From the NCBI GenBank assembly GCA_037445065.1, contig JBBILD010000019.1, positions 11,938 through 75,937 on the forward strand: a stretch of 64,000 bases of DNA, written 5' to 3'. Of the stretch, positions 19,770-28,896 are shown piece after piece. The notes under the pieces were generated by a model that worked only from the letters and a program-made list of their open reading frames with translations, made no database searches and had not been told where the DNA came from. Made by a program: the position numbers and the translations under genes. The DNA comes from Myxococcales bacterium. Lineage in GTDB: Bacteria > Desulfobacterota > Binatia > HRBIN30. Positions within the stretch are counted from its first letter, which is position 1. Every line of letters starts with the position of its first letter.

Positions 19770-20789
19770 TCAAAGCCCTTGTGCTTCCCGCAGGTGCCGG
19801 ACGCGTCGTTCCTCGGTAAGCTGCGCAATCGCTTCGACTAGAACCCAGGCGGTCGCCTCCTGCATACGGGGTACCACCCCGTCGGTTGGCTCTTTGTGAA
19901 ACTCGTAGGTGCCATCGCGTAGAGCCAGCACTTCTTTGACCGCTGGCTTGCCGCGCTCGGCCCCGAACAGCGCGTCCACTAAGCGCCCACCCGTGAAGAC
20001 CAACTTGCCAGATTGGTTGGGCGCAGAGATCGCGACGGTCCCGGACTCACCCGCTGCGGCAAGCGTAAGCAGGTCGCGTAGTAGGGTGCCGTTATTCAAC
20101 GGCGCGCACAAAGCACCATCGCTTCCCCCCGCCTGCTCGAGTGCTTTGAGCACCATCTGCGCAGCTTTCGCTGTCCGGTTTTGGCCGTTGCGCTTGGCAA
20201 GGCGAGCGTAAGCCTTGAGATTACTGGCGCTGGGCCGTTGCCTTAGTTCTGGCAAGAGGCGCTCGAGCCGCTGCTGGCGGTCGCGGAAGGCGAGCGCGTC
20301 CGGCAACAACGGATCCAGGGCGTCTCGCAGCTCGGCGCTGAGCAACCGGCTCGGTTCGAGCAGTACATGTACTTGCTCATCGAGCTCCACCAAATGGCCG
20401 ACCGGGTTGCCTCCGTCGCGCAGCACCGCGGCTGGAACCGGTGAGCAGTGGCTGAGATCGAGGTCGCGCACACCCACACACTCGTCTACTTGCACCGCCA
20501 GCAAGGCAGAGCCCGACCGGACCACAGCAAAAAGCGGACGGGGCTGCACCTCGACAACGGCTTCTAAGCCGAAGGCTCTGCGCAGGTCGAGCACCCAGGC
20601 AGGCTGGCCGCGGTGAATCAAGAAGGCCTGGCTCGACCCGTCGGCGGCCTTGAGAGAATGCAGGGATACCTCTTTGCGCGGGTAGATTGCCTCGACCCAG
20701 TCCAGGTGGAGGCAGAATTTTCCGTCATCGACGTGAAAAACAAGCACTCTCGCCGGTGGTAGGGTGTCCATTTGTGCCTTTTCGAACAT
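19770..20789 (-). CDS. CheW-domain protein fused to C-terminal DUF4388 (PatA_N)-like domain
   Basis: VLVFHVDDGKFCL...VLDLRRAFG...LAVQVDECVGV (CheW); LRDLLTLAAAGESGTVAI...GKLVFTGGRLVDA...GKPAVKEVLALRDGTYEF (DUF4388-like). Confidence 0.75.
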   Translation of the reverse strand: MFEKAQMDTLPPARVLVFHVDDGKFCLHLDWVEAIYPRKEVSLHSLKAADGSSQAFLIHRGQPAWVLDLRRAFGLEAVVEVQPRPLFAVVRSGSALLAVQVDECVGVRDLDLSHCSPVPAAVLRDGGNPVGHLVELDEQVHVLLEPSRLLSAELRDALDPLLPDALAFRDRQQRLERLLPELRQRPSASNLKAYARLAKRNGQNRTAKAAQMVLKALEQAGGSDGALCAPLNNGTLLRDLLTLAAAGESGTVAISAPNQSGKLVFTGGRLVDALFGAERGKPAVKEVLALRDGTYEFHKEPTDGVVPRMQEATAWVLVEAIAQLTEERRVRHLREAQGL

Positions 20790-20817
20790 CCAAGTCCTCC
20801 CGCGGACGGGGTGGGAC

Positions 20818-20833
20818 AGCAGAAGCTATGCCA
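20818..20833 (-). promoter_or_regulatory. sigma54 (-24/-12) promoter of the chemosensory operon
   Basis: Minus strand TGGCATAGCTTCTGCT = GG-N10-GC, about 30 bp upstream of ATG 20789, which has a GGAGGA SD. Confidence 0.7.
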
Positions 20834-21015
20834 CTTGTCGGGGCCGATACACCCTTTTTGCCTCCGAGGGGCCTGTACCCGGCGTGTGCTATTCATTTGG
20901 CGCAGCGTTCAACGTGCGTCACGCCAAATTAGTGTGGAGCTGTTCGAGAAGGGACGGAGAGCAAGTTTGCACGCCGGGCTGCCCAGAGAGCATGGGTTTT
21001 GCTCCCCATGACCCC

Positions 21016-21369
21016 ATGTTCTCACTGCGACTACAGACGTGTCTCGTTTTGATTTGCCTGTCTTCTGCCTCGCTAGCCGCTGCCCAGGGTATCGATTGGA
21101 GCGATTACTTCCCCGGAGATCCGTTAGCGCGACCCGAAGCGCGAGCGCGATCGCAGGAGGGAAGCGACCAGCGCGAGCGTGACGGGTCGCGAGAGGCGGA
21201 CAGGGGCAGGAAACCGAGTCGTGCCGAACCGAGCGCAAGCGGGGAGCAAGAGGAACGGCAAGTGACCCGCCGACAAGGTGGCCAGCCAGCCGGCAAGACG
21301 AACACGAAAGCACGACCTGCCCGTCGCGCGAGTGTGGAAGGGCGAGCGCGGGGGAGCACGCGGCCCTGA
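21016..21369 (+). CDS. Hypothetical small secreted, disordered, charged protein
   Basis: MFSLRLQTCLVLICLSSASLAAA signal-like N-terminus followed by R/E/S/G-rich sequence. Confidence 0.4.
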   Translation: MFSLRLQTCLVLICLSSASLAAAQGIDWSDYFPGDPLARPEARARSQEGSDQRERDGSREADRGRKPSRAEPSASGEQEERQVTRRQGGQPAGKTNTKARPARRASVEGRARGSTRP

Positions 21370-21558
21370 AGCGAAGCGGGAACCGGCTGATCGACTGCGC
21401 CGGTTTGTGAAAGCTGGTTCAGGGGTAGTTCCGACCCGGTTCGACTGGCGCCGTCCGAGTGCCCGCCTAGCGGCGCTGCGGGTACAGGAGCATGCCGCCC
21501 CTTGATCCGGCTGTGCCGGAGAGCCAAGGTGCCAAGCCGCTTTGCGTAAGCTGTCGGG

Positions 21559-22518
21559 ATGAAAATTGGCGAGTTCGAGTTCCTGCGCAGAATCTTGCCT
21601 ACTCTACCTCAGCAACGGGGTGTGGTGGTTGGGCCGGGGCATGACTGCGCAAGGGTGCGGGTGAATGGAAAGGACTGGCTCCTGACGTCGGATACGCTGG
21701 TCGAAGGTACGCACTTCTTGCGCGAATGGTTGACGCCGTACAACCTCGGTTGGCGCGCGTTTGCGGTGAACGCCAGCGATATTGCCGCGATGGGCGGTAA
21801 ACCCCGCTTTGCGTTGGTGAGTTTGACGGTTCCGAAGAGCTACTCGGAAGTTGAGTTGAAGCGCGTCGAGCGGGGAATCGCATCTGCTGCGGGCGAGGCC
21901 GGCGTGAGCGTGGTTGGGGGCAACATCAGCCGGGGAAGAGAATTTTCGGTCACCTTGACCTTAGTGGGCGAGGCTCCGGCTCGCGTGGTCACGAGGGCAG
22001 GCGCTCAGGTGGGAGACCGGATTTTCGTGAGCGGCACGCTGGGAGACGCCGCCCTTGCAGTCGAGCGTTTGCGGGAGAAGCAACCTGTTGCACCCGCGTT
22101 GTACCGGCGCTGGGTGCGTCCGACGCCGCGTTTGGAATTGGGGCGGCGCCTCGCTGTGCAAGGTCTGGTCACGGCGATGATTGACGTGAGCGACGGGTTG
22201 TTACAGGACCTCAGGCACATTTGTGCGGCGAGTGGCGTGGGCGCAGTGGTAAACGGACCCATGGTTCCACGCTCGAGCAGTTACAACCATTGCTCGGGTG
22301 GGAAGCTCGACCGTGCGCTGGGTGGGGGCGAGGACTACGAGTTGCTTTTCACCGTGCCCCTGCGAAAAACCGAGCTCGTCATGAAGGTTGCGCTCGAACT
22401 TTCCTTGCGCGTGACTTGTATTGGTGAGGTGCAGCCGGGTGGGCGGATCGCCGTGTTAGACTCCCGAGGAGGGCTCCTCGAGGTCAAGGAACGCGGCTTC
22501 GACCACTTTCGCCAGTGA
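21559..22518 (+). CDS. thiL: Thiamine-monophosphate kinase
   Basis: GEFEFL, GPGHDCA, DTLVEGTHF, VNASDIAAMGGKP, IDVSDGL, GGEDYELLFT. Confidence 0.96.
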   Translation: MKIGEFEFLRRILPTLPQQRGVVVGPGHDCARVRVNGKDWLLTSDTLVEGTHFLREWLTPYNLGWRAFAVNASDIAAMGGKPRFALVSLTVPKSYSEVELKRVERGIASAAGEAGVSVVGGNISRGREFSVTLTLVGEAPARVVTRAGAQVGDRIFVSGTLGDAALAVERLREKQPVAPALYRRWVRPTPRLELGRRLAVQGLVTAMIDVSDGLLQDLRHICAASGVGAVVNGPMVPRSSSYNHCSGGKLDRALGGGEDYELLFTVPLRKTELVMKVALELSLRVTCIGEVQPGGRIAVLDSRGGLLEVKERGFDHFRQ

Positions 22519-22530
22519 CAAGGTGCAGCG

Positions 22531-23283
22531 GTGACAGCAGAGCAACTGCGGCAGATTCTTCAGTTGGTCCGATCTGGAGAACTGAGTCCTGAGGAGGCTG
22601 TTGATCGCTTGCGGACGCTTCCGTTCGAAGACTTGGGTTTCGCCAAGGTGGATCACCACCGCGCGATTCGCACGGGCATGCCGGAAGTGATCTTCGGTGC
22701 CGGAAAAACGGTGGACCAAATTGTCGAGATTTCTCAGCGCTTGGCGGCTCGCGGACAGGACGTGCTGATTACCCGCTTGGGTGCTGAGGAGGCGCGGCAA
22801 GTGCAAGTACACCTTCCCGATCTCGTCTATCACCCGGTGGGGCGAATCGCGGTATGGAGGAAGACAGAGCCCTCACCGAATCTGAGGCGGGGCACCGTGC
22901 TCGTCGTCGCAGCCGGAACCGCTGACTTGCCGGTCGCAGAAGAGGCCGCGGTTACGGCGGAGGCGTTAGGAAACAAGGTGGAACGGTTGCACGACGTCGG
23001 CGTCGCTGGCATCCATCGCCTGCTTGCGCACGTTGAGCGGTTGCGGCGTGCCGCAGTGCTCATCGTCGTTGCGGGAATGGAGGGCGCCCTCCCGAGCGTC
23101 GTTGCCGGCCTCGTGGACCGACCTGTGATCGCGGTTCCTACTAGCGTGGGATACGGTGCGAGCTTTCGGGGGTTGGCGGCGCTCCTGGCAATGCTCAACT
23201 CGTGCGCGGCAGGTGTGACCGTGGTCAATATCGATAATGGCTTCGGAGCCGCGGTGGCTGCCAACCTGATTAACCGCGCCTAA
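22531..23283 (+). CDS. larB: Nickel-pincer cofactor biosynthesis protein LarB
   Basis: [63 protein letters not shown]. Confidence 0.95.
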   Translation: MTAEQLRQILQLVRSGELSPEEAVDRLRTLPFEDLGFAKVDHHRAIRTGMPEVIFGAGKTVDQIVEISQRLAARGQDVLITRLGAEEARQVQVHLPDLVYHPVGRIAVWRKTEPSPNLRRGTVLVVAAGTADLPVAEEAAVTAEALGNKVERLHDVGVAGIHRLLAHVERLRRAAVLIVVAGMEGALPSVVAGLVDRPVIAVPTSVGYGASFRGLAALLAMLNSCAAGVTVVNIDNGFGAAVAANLINRA

Positions 23284-23337
23284 GCTCGCTGAGAAAAGCA
23301 CTTGCCTGGGTGCGAATCTTGCCGCAGGCTAATTGGT

Positions 23338-25053
23338 ATGCGTGCACATCGCTCGTTTTGGTGTTTGCTTGCTGGCTTGCAAGCGTTGGCTGCGACTTCG
23401 GATAGCTGGGCGCTTTCCTTACGGTTTTACGGTCATGGCTCGGGTGATATCGATCGCGTGAAGATCCCGCTCGACAGCCCACCGCGCACGGTGGATGTCG
23501 GTGGGGACTTCACGCTGGAGTGGTGGCTGAAGGCGAACCTTGCAGACAACAATACACCGTCCTGCACCACCGGGAACGACAACTGGATCACTGGCAACGT
23601 AGTGTTCGACCGCGACGTATTTGGCGGAGGAGACTACGGGGACTACGGCATTTCGCTGCGCGGGGGTAAGGTCGCCTTTGGCGTACACAATGGGACGAGC
23701 GGAGAAGGAATCTGCGGTAGCACGAATGTAGCCGACGGTGCCTGGCATCATATCGCCGTTACGCGCGAGGCCAGTACTGGCACCATGCGCATTTACGTGG
23801 ACGGAAACCTGGATGGCAGCGGGATGGGACCAACTGGAGACATAAGTTACCGCGACGGCCGAACCACAAGTTATCCGAATTCCGACCCCTACCTGGTGAT
23901 CGGTGCCGAGAAGCATGATGCGGGTCCTTCGTATCCTTCATTTAACGGTTGGATTGATGAAGTGCGGCTTTCCTCGGTGGTCCGGTATTCGTCGAATTTC
24001 ACTCCACCGACCACGCCATTTTCGGCCGATGGAGATACGCTGCTGTTGTTTCACTTCGATGAAGGGACGGCCAATAGCCCCTGCAACGGCACGGTGACCG
24101 ATAGCTCCCCGGGCGCTCAGAATCCGGGGCAGTGCCAGTATGGCGGATCAGCTCCGGCCGGGCCGGTGTATTCGGCCGACACGCCATTCGGGCCTCCAGT
24201 TCGAGATGTCGTGGTACTTCCCCGTCGACCGCTCTCGGTGCGCTTGCCGAGCAGCGGACAAACGGTGACCAAGCGCATGCGCGTGGCCGTGCGCAATGCC
24301 TCGGAATCCCCAGGAATGGACATCACGGTGCAGTTGAGTGCGACGAGCGATTGTCCCCCAGGTGTCCTGTCGTCTCAGCCTGATTTTGACCCCTCGACCC
24401 CAGTTGCGGAGTCGGCGACGACGATCGCACCCAAGAGAACACGGAAAGCGGTTCTCAGCTTGTCCTTCGATCCCAATGACTTTTCGACGCCGAACCGACT
24501 CGCGCCGCTGCGTTGCCGGGTATCGCTGAGTGCGGTGATCAACCAGCCATCTGGAGCGACGGATCCCAACCCGAGTAATAATGCCTTCGATGTGGAAGTG
24601 AATGTTGTGGACTTGGGTGACCCGCAAATGCCCGTGGTACATGAGAACGTGTTAGCTAGTTTGTCGCCAACGACGCTCCGAATCCGCAAAAACCTTTCCA
24701 GCAAGAGCAAGAGAATCACGCTGCGCGTGACGAACGCAGACGCAAACGAACCGGCCGGCGATTCTCTCTCGGTTTCCGTCCTTTCGACGGATTGTCCGTC
24801 GGGAACCGTGGGCGCCGTTGACTTCGACCCAGTCAGCCCCGGAGAACAAAACTCGGTAATCGTCCCCGGGCGCAAAACTCGTTCCGGTAAGGTGGAACTG
24901 AACGCTCTGGCCGTGGACGTGGCCACGCCGAGCCGCCTCTCGCCCTTCCGGTGCGTGACCCGCTTCGGGGTCGTGGGGCCGGGGAGTGATCCGGAAACCA
25001 CAAACAACGAGACCGAGCTGATACTCGATGTCTACGACGCAAACGACTTCTGA
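23338..25053 (+). CDS. Secreted LamG-like jellyroll protein with two tandem C-terminal repeat domains
   Basis: Signal peptide; DFTLEWW, DGAWHHIAVT, IYVDG, FNGWIDEVRLS; two ~135-aa repeats ending DPNPSNN and DPETTNN. Confidence 0.8.
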   Translation: MRAHRSFWCLLAGLQALAATSDSWALSLRFYGHGSGDIDRVKIPLDSPPRTVDVGGDFTLEWWLKANLADNNTPSCTTGNDNWITGNVVFDRDVFGGGDYGDYGISLRGGKVAFGVHNGTSGEGICGSTNVADGAWHHIAVTREASTGTMRIYVDGNLDGSGMGPTGDISYRDGRTTSYPNSDPYLVIGAEKHDAGPSYPSFNGWIDEVRLSSVVRYSSNFTPPTTPFSADGDTLLLFHFDEGTANSPCNGTVTDSSPGAQNPGQCQYGGSAPAGPVYSADTPFGPPVRDVVVLPRRPLSVRLPSSGQTVTKRMRVAVRNASESPGMDITVQLSATSDCPPGVLSSQPDFDPSTPVAESATTIAPKRTRKAVLSLSFDPNDFSTPNRLAPLRCRVSLSAVINQPSGATDPNPSNNAFDVEVNVVDLGDPQMPVVHENVLASLSPTTLRIRKNLSSKSKRITLRVTNADANEPAGDSLSVSVLSTDCPSGTVGAVDFDPVSPGEQNSVIVPGRKTRSGKVELNALAVDVATPSRLSPFRCVTRFGVVGPGSDPETTNNETELILDVYDANDF

Positions 25054-25123
25054 GCGAGAATTGGCTTTCCCAAAGTTCGGAACACTCTTGCCCTTGTAAG
25101 TCCGTTTTTCCCTCCGTTCTTGG

Positions 25124-25139
25124 TGGCATGCCTCTTGGA
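25124..25139 (+). promoter_or_regulatory. sigma54-like promoter with variant -12 upstream of nos cytochrome c
   Basis: TGGCATGCCTCTTGGA: -24 matches; -12 is TTGG instead of TTGC. Confidence 0.45.
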
Positions 25140-25222
25140 TTGAGGTCCAGCCACCGTGCCGGTGAAAGCTGGCTGGGCCGCTCTCTTTGAGCAGGAGATG
25201 ATCGGAAGGAGGGAACTGGAAT

Positions 25223-25678
25223 ATGGCCGGAAATAAGGTTTGGTGTGTGCTCGCAGTGTTCCTGTTCATTGGGGCATGTGAGCGCGGGCAGGTTGAGGAG
25301 AAAGGGTCCCAAGGCGCCGTGGGGTCGGTCAATGCACACCCCGGGAAAGGAGTCGGCCCGATTCGTGAGGTACAACTGGGGCCGCTTGATAAAGAGTTAG
25401 CCGCGAAGGGGCATGCGCTCTTCGAGCAGAAGTGTGCGGCTTGCCACCGGTTGGACGAGCGCTTCGTCGGTCCTGCGGTGCGCGGTGTGACGAAACGGCG
25501 CTCGCCCGAGTGGATCATGAACATGGTGCTCAACCCTGTGGAAATGACTCAAAAAGACCCGACAGCACAAGAACTTTTGGCCACGTACCTGACGCAAATG
25601 ACCTTTCAAAACGTGTCGCCTGAAGACGCGCGCGCGATTCTAGAGCATTTTCGCGAAATAGACGGGGCCGGATCCTGA
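25223..25678 (+). CDS. Monoheme cytochrome c lipoprotein of clade II nos cluster
   Basis: Lipobox IGAC; CAACH; VGP...RSPEWIMNMVLNP; directly upstream of nosZ. Confidence 0.9.
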   Translation: MAGNKVWCVLAVFLFIGACERGQVEEKGSQGAVGSVNAHPGKGVGPIREVQLGPLDKELAAKGHALFEQKCAACHRLDERFVGPAVRGVTKRRSPEWIMNMVLNPVEMTQKDPTAQELLATYLTQMTFQNVSPEDARAILEHFREIDGAGS

Positions 25679-25774
25679 GCAACGGATTTCGAAAGCTTGC
25701 AAAGGTTCCACTGCTGCGTGGCGTCGGAGCAAAGGCGAGTGGCGATCGCAAGCGGCACACGCAAGCATCGGCTG

Positions 25775-25790
25775 TGGCATCGGAATTGGT
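25775..25790 (+). promoter_or_regulatory. sigma54-like promoter with variant -12 upstream of nosZ
   Basis: TGGCATCGGAATTGGT, ending about 37 bp before nosZ ATG; same variant as 25124. Confidence 0.45.
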
Positions 25791-25827
25791 TGTTCCTTGC
25801 TACGCGGTCGCAGGAAAGGAGGGAAAG

Positions 25828-27792
25828 ATGAGCAGCACAAAACAGTTTGCCTGGTTGTTCGCGGGGTGTGTATTCGTGCTGATGGCACATGGAGGTTGCA
25901 AACCAAAGTCCTCCTCGCAGGGCTTAATTGCGGAGGATGCGGCGCAAAGAGTCTACGTCGCGCCCGGCAAGTACGACGAGTTTTATGCGTTTCTTTCCGG
26001 GGGTTTTTCGGGGCAAGTGGCGGCTTACGGTTTACCGTCTGGTAGGCTGCTGCGCGTGATTCCGGTGTTTGCCGTAAACCCAGAGAACGGGTACGGATTT
26101 TCCGAAGAAACCAAGCCGCTTCTCATGACCTCCCACGGTTTCATTCCGTGGGACGACTACCATCACCCCGAACTCTCGCAAACCGACGGGGTGCCTGATG
26201 GGCGGTGGTTGTTTGGGAACTCGAACAACACCCCGCGAATCGCGCGCACGGACCTCAGCACATTCGAGACCGTGGAGATTTTGGAGATCCCGAACTCCGG
26301 AGGGAATCACGCTTCGCCGTTCGTGACCCCCGACACCAAATACGTGGTCTCGGCAACGCGGTTTTCGGTTCCTATCCCGCAGCGCGATGTGCCGATTGCG
26401 ACGTACAAGGAAAATTTCCGCGGCACGCTGAATTTCGTTGCGGTGGATCCGCAGACGGGCCGGATGTCCCTTGCCTTTCAGATTCTCGTCCCTGGCTTGG
26501 ACTACGATCTGGCGCACTGCGGGAAGGGGCCGTCGTACGGATGGTGCTTTTTCACCTCGTACAATACCGAGCAAGCGCACACCTTGCTGGAAATCCGGGC
26601 TTCGCAAAACGACAAGGATTTTATTGCGGCGGTGAACTGGGAGCGGGCTGAGGAGTGCTTGAAAGAAGGCAAGGGGCAGCTTTGGGACGCGGAGTACTAC
26701 CACAACGTTTACGACGAGGAGAAACACCTTGCCACGAGCGAGATTCTCCGCAAGGTAACGGTGCTCGAACCCGCGAACTGCCCGAATTTGATGTACTACC
26801 TGCCCACGCCCAAGTCGCCGCACGGCGTGGATGTAGACCCCAGTGGGGAGTACATCGTAGGGGGAGGCAAGCTCGCGACTGTGATCCCGGTGCATTCGTT
26901 CATGAAGATGCAGAAGGCCATCGCTGAGAAGAAATTTGCCGGCGATGTGGCGGGGATTCCGGTTCTGGCTTATGAGGCGACCCTTGCGGGTGAGGTCCAG
27001 AAGCCCTGTTTGGGTCCGTTGCACACAGAGTTCGACGGCCAAGGGTTCGCTTACACATCGTGTTTCGTCAGCTCCGAGGTGGTGAAGTGGCAATTGGGAA
27101 CGTGGCAAGTGGTGGATCGTGTTCCCACGTACTACTCGATTGGTCACTTACTGATCCCGGGAGGCGATTCGCAGAAGCCACGGGGCAAGTACCTGCTTGC
27201 CATGAACAAGATCACCAAGGACCGCTACTTGCCAACCGGGCCGGAATTGGCGCAGTCTGCGCAACTGTACGACATCTCGGGGAAGAAAATGCGCTTGCTA
27301 CTCGATTTCCCGACCGTGGGTGAGCCGCACTACGCGCAAGCCTTACCCGCAGAGCTGTTGCTCAAGCGGATGGCCAAGATCTACCCGATCGAAAAGAACC
27401 AGCATCCGTACGCGCTCAAGAACGAGAAGGAAGCCAGAGTCGAGCGCCAGGGTAACGTCGTGCACGTCTACTTGGCGGCGATTCGCAGCCACTTTACGCC
27501 CGACAACATCGAGGGAATCCGGGTGGGCGACACGGTGTTCTTTCACATGACGAACCTCGAGCAAGACTGGGACATCCCGCACGGCCTGGCTCTGTTCGGT
27601 TCGGAGAATGCTGAGGTTCTGGTCATGCCGGGACAAACAAAAACCCTGCGCTGGCAGCCCAAGAAAGCCGGTGTATATCCCTTTTACTGCACGGACTTTT
27701 GCTCTGCGCTGCACCAGGAAATGCAGGGCTATGTTCGGGTTTCAGAAGCAAACGCGGATGTTCCCCTGCACTACGGCACCGGGAAGGATTAG
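25828..27792 (+). CDS. nosZ: Sec-dependent (clade II) nitrous-oxide reductase
   Basis: No twin-Arg; YVAPGKYDEFYAFLSGGFSGQ; CuZ His motifs DYHH, GNHAS, SPHG, GPLH, IGH, EPH; CuA IPHG and CTDFCSALHQEM; AGGAGG SD. Confidence 0.98.
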   Translation: MSSTKQFAWLFAGCVFVLMAHGGCKPKSSSQGLIAEDAAQRVYVAPGKYDEFYAFLSGGFSGQVAAYGLPSGRLLRVIPVFAVNPENGYGFSEETKPLLMTSHGFIPWDDYHHPELSQTDGVPDGRWLFGNSNNTPRIARTDLSTFETVEILEIPNSGGNHASPFVTPDTKYVVSATRFSVPIPQRDVPIATYKENFRGTLNFVAVDPQTGRMSLAFQILVPGLDYDLAHCGKGPSYGWCFFTSYNTEQAHTLLEIRASQNDKDFIAAVNWERAEECLKEGKGQLWDAEYYHNVYDEEKHLATSEILRKVTVLEPANCPNLMYYLPTPKSPHGVDVDPSGEYIVGGGKLATVIPVHSFMKMQKAIAEKKFAGDVAGIPVLAYEATLAGEVQKPCLGPLHTEFDGQGFAYTSCFVSSEVVKWQLGTWQVVDRVPTYYSIGHLLIPGGDSQKPRGKYLLAMNKITKDRYLPTGPELAQSAQLYDISGKKMRLLLDFPTVGEPHYAQALPAELLLKRMAKIYPIEKNQHPYALKNEKEARVERQGNVVHVYLAAIRSHFTPDNIEGIRVGDTVFFHMTNLEQDWDIPHGLALFGSENAEVLVMPGQTKTLRWQPKKAGVYPFYCTDFCSALHQEMQGYVRVSEANADVPLHYGTGKD

Positions 27793-27804
27793 GAGCCGGT
27801 TCTC

Positions 27805-28422
27805 ATGGGATGGCGTCACAATGCGCGGCTGTGGCTTGCCGCAGCCGCGCTCCTGCCAGTGGGAGCGTATCTTGTTCCGATTTGGGGAATCCTGCTCTAC
27901 GCGCCCCAATACCCTGAGGGAATCTCTCTGTACATTTGGGTGAACCGCATCACCGGCCAACTCGACTTGGTGAACGGATTGAACCACTACATCGGCATGA
28001 AGCCGATTACGCCAGAGAGCATCCCGGAGTTGCGCTGGATGCCGGGACTCCTCGCTGCTTTATCTGTCACAGGTCTGGCTGTGGCTTGGGTAAATTCTGC
28101 GAGGTTTGCTGTAGTGTGGCTGGTTTCCTTTGCTTTGCTTGGCTTGCTCGGACTCTATGACTTTTACCTGTGGGGTTACGATTACGGCCACAACCTCGAC
28201 CCGCACGCTCCGATTCAAGTCCCGGGTATGAGTTATCAGCCGCCGTTGATTGGAGTGAAGGAGTTGTTGAACTTTACCGCAGTCTCCTTTCCCCATCTGG
28301 GGGCTTTGCTATTGGCTGTCGCGTTCCTTTGCGGGGTCGTGGGCACAGCGCTCCTCCTGCGCAAAAGTCGCGAGGTTCCAGTGCCGGTGCCCGGCGCAAG
28401 AGCCGTGGTCGCACAAAAGTAA
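27805..28422 (+). CDS. nosB: NosB membrane protein
   Basis: PIW.I.L.APQYPEGI...NGLNHYIGMKPI...YGHNLDPHAPI..PGMSYQPPLIG.K.LLNF. Confidence 0.88.
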   Translation: MGWRHNARLWLAAAALLPVGAYLVPIWGILLYAPQYPEGISLYIWVNRITGQLDLVNGLNHYIGMKPITPESIPELRWMPGLLAALSVTGLAVAWVNSARFAVVWLVSFALLGLLGLYDFYLWGYDYGHNLDPHAPIQVPGMSYQPPLIGVKELLNFTAVSFPHLGALLLAVAFLCGVVGTALLLRKSREVPVPVPGARAVVAQK

Positions 28423-28868
28423 TGCGAGGTTCGACCGCAGTCTTGCTTCTCGGCTGGATCACGATTGGCTTGGGTTGCCGAAGCGAAGGTCCCATCCCAC
28501 TGCCGGCCGAACGGGTTGAGTGTGCCCAGTGTCGGATGGTGATTACCGACCCTCGCTTTGCCGCACAGGTCCGCACACTGAAAGGGCGCGTGCTGTTCTT
28601 CGATTCGGTCGAGTGCGCGCGTGCATGGGCAGGGCGACCTGAGGTACAGGGAGGACGATTTTACTTGCGCTCCTTTCTCGATCCGCCGCGCTGGCTTGCC
28701 GCGGAGGACTCCTGGATTCTTGAGTGGCAGGGCCTTCGCAGCCCGATGGGCAGGGGCTGGGCAGCGTTTGCCTCAGAACAGGAAGCGATGCAGTGGCTCG
28801 AACAAATGGGGACAGGCGGAGAGAAGTTTCGGGTGATGCGGTGGGCTGCGCTGCCTCCCCCGACGTGA
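28422..28868 (+). CDS. nosL: NosL copper chaperone lipoprotein
   Basis: Lipobox GLGC; CAQCRMVITDPRFAAQ, FDSVEC, SPMG; ATG overlaps nosB stop. Confidence 0.9.
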   Translation: MRGSTAVLLLGWITIGLGCRSEGPIPLPAERVECAQCRMVITDPRFAAQVRTLKGRVLFFDSVECARAWAGRPEVQGGRFYLRSFLDPPRWLAAEDSWILEWQGLRSPMGRGWAAFASEQEAMQWLEQMGTGGEKFRVMRWAALPPPT

Positions 28869-28896
28869 GGCGCAGAGGACAGGGAAGAACGCTCGG

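Noticed and set aside
21370..21558. TPP riboswitch upstream of thiL
   Set aside because: No CTGAGA / TPP core motif visible.
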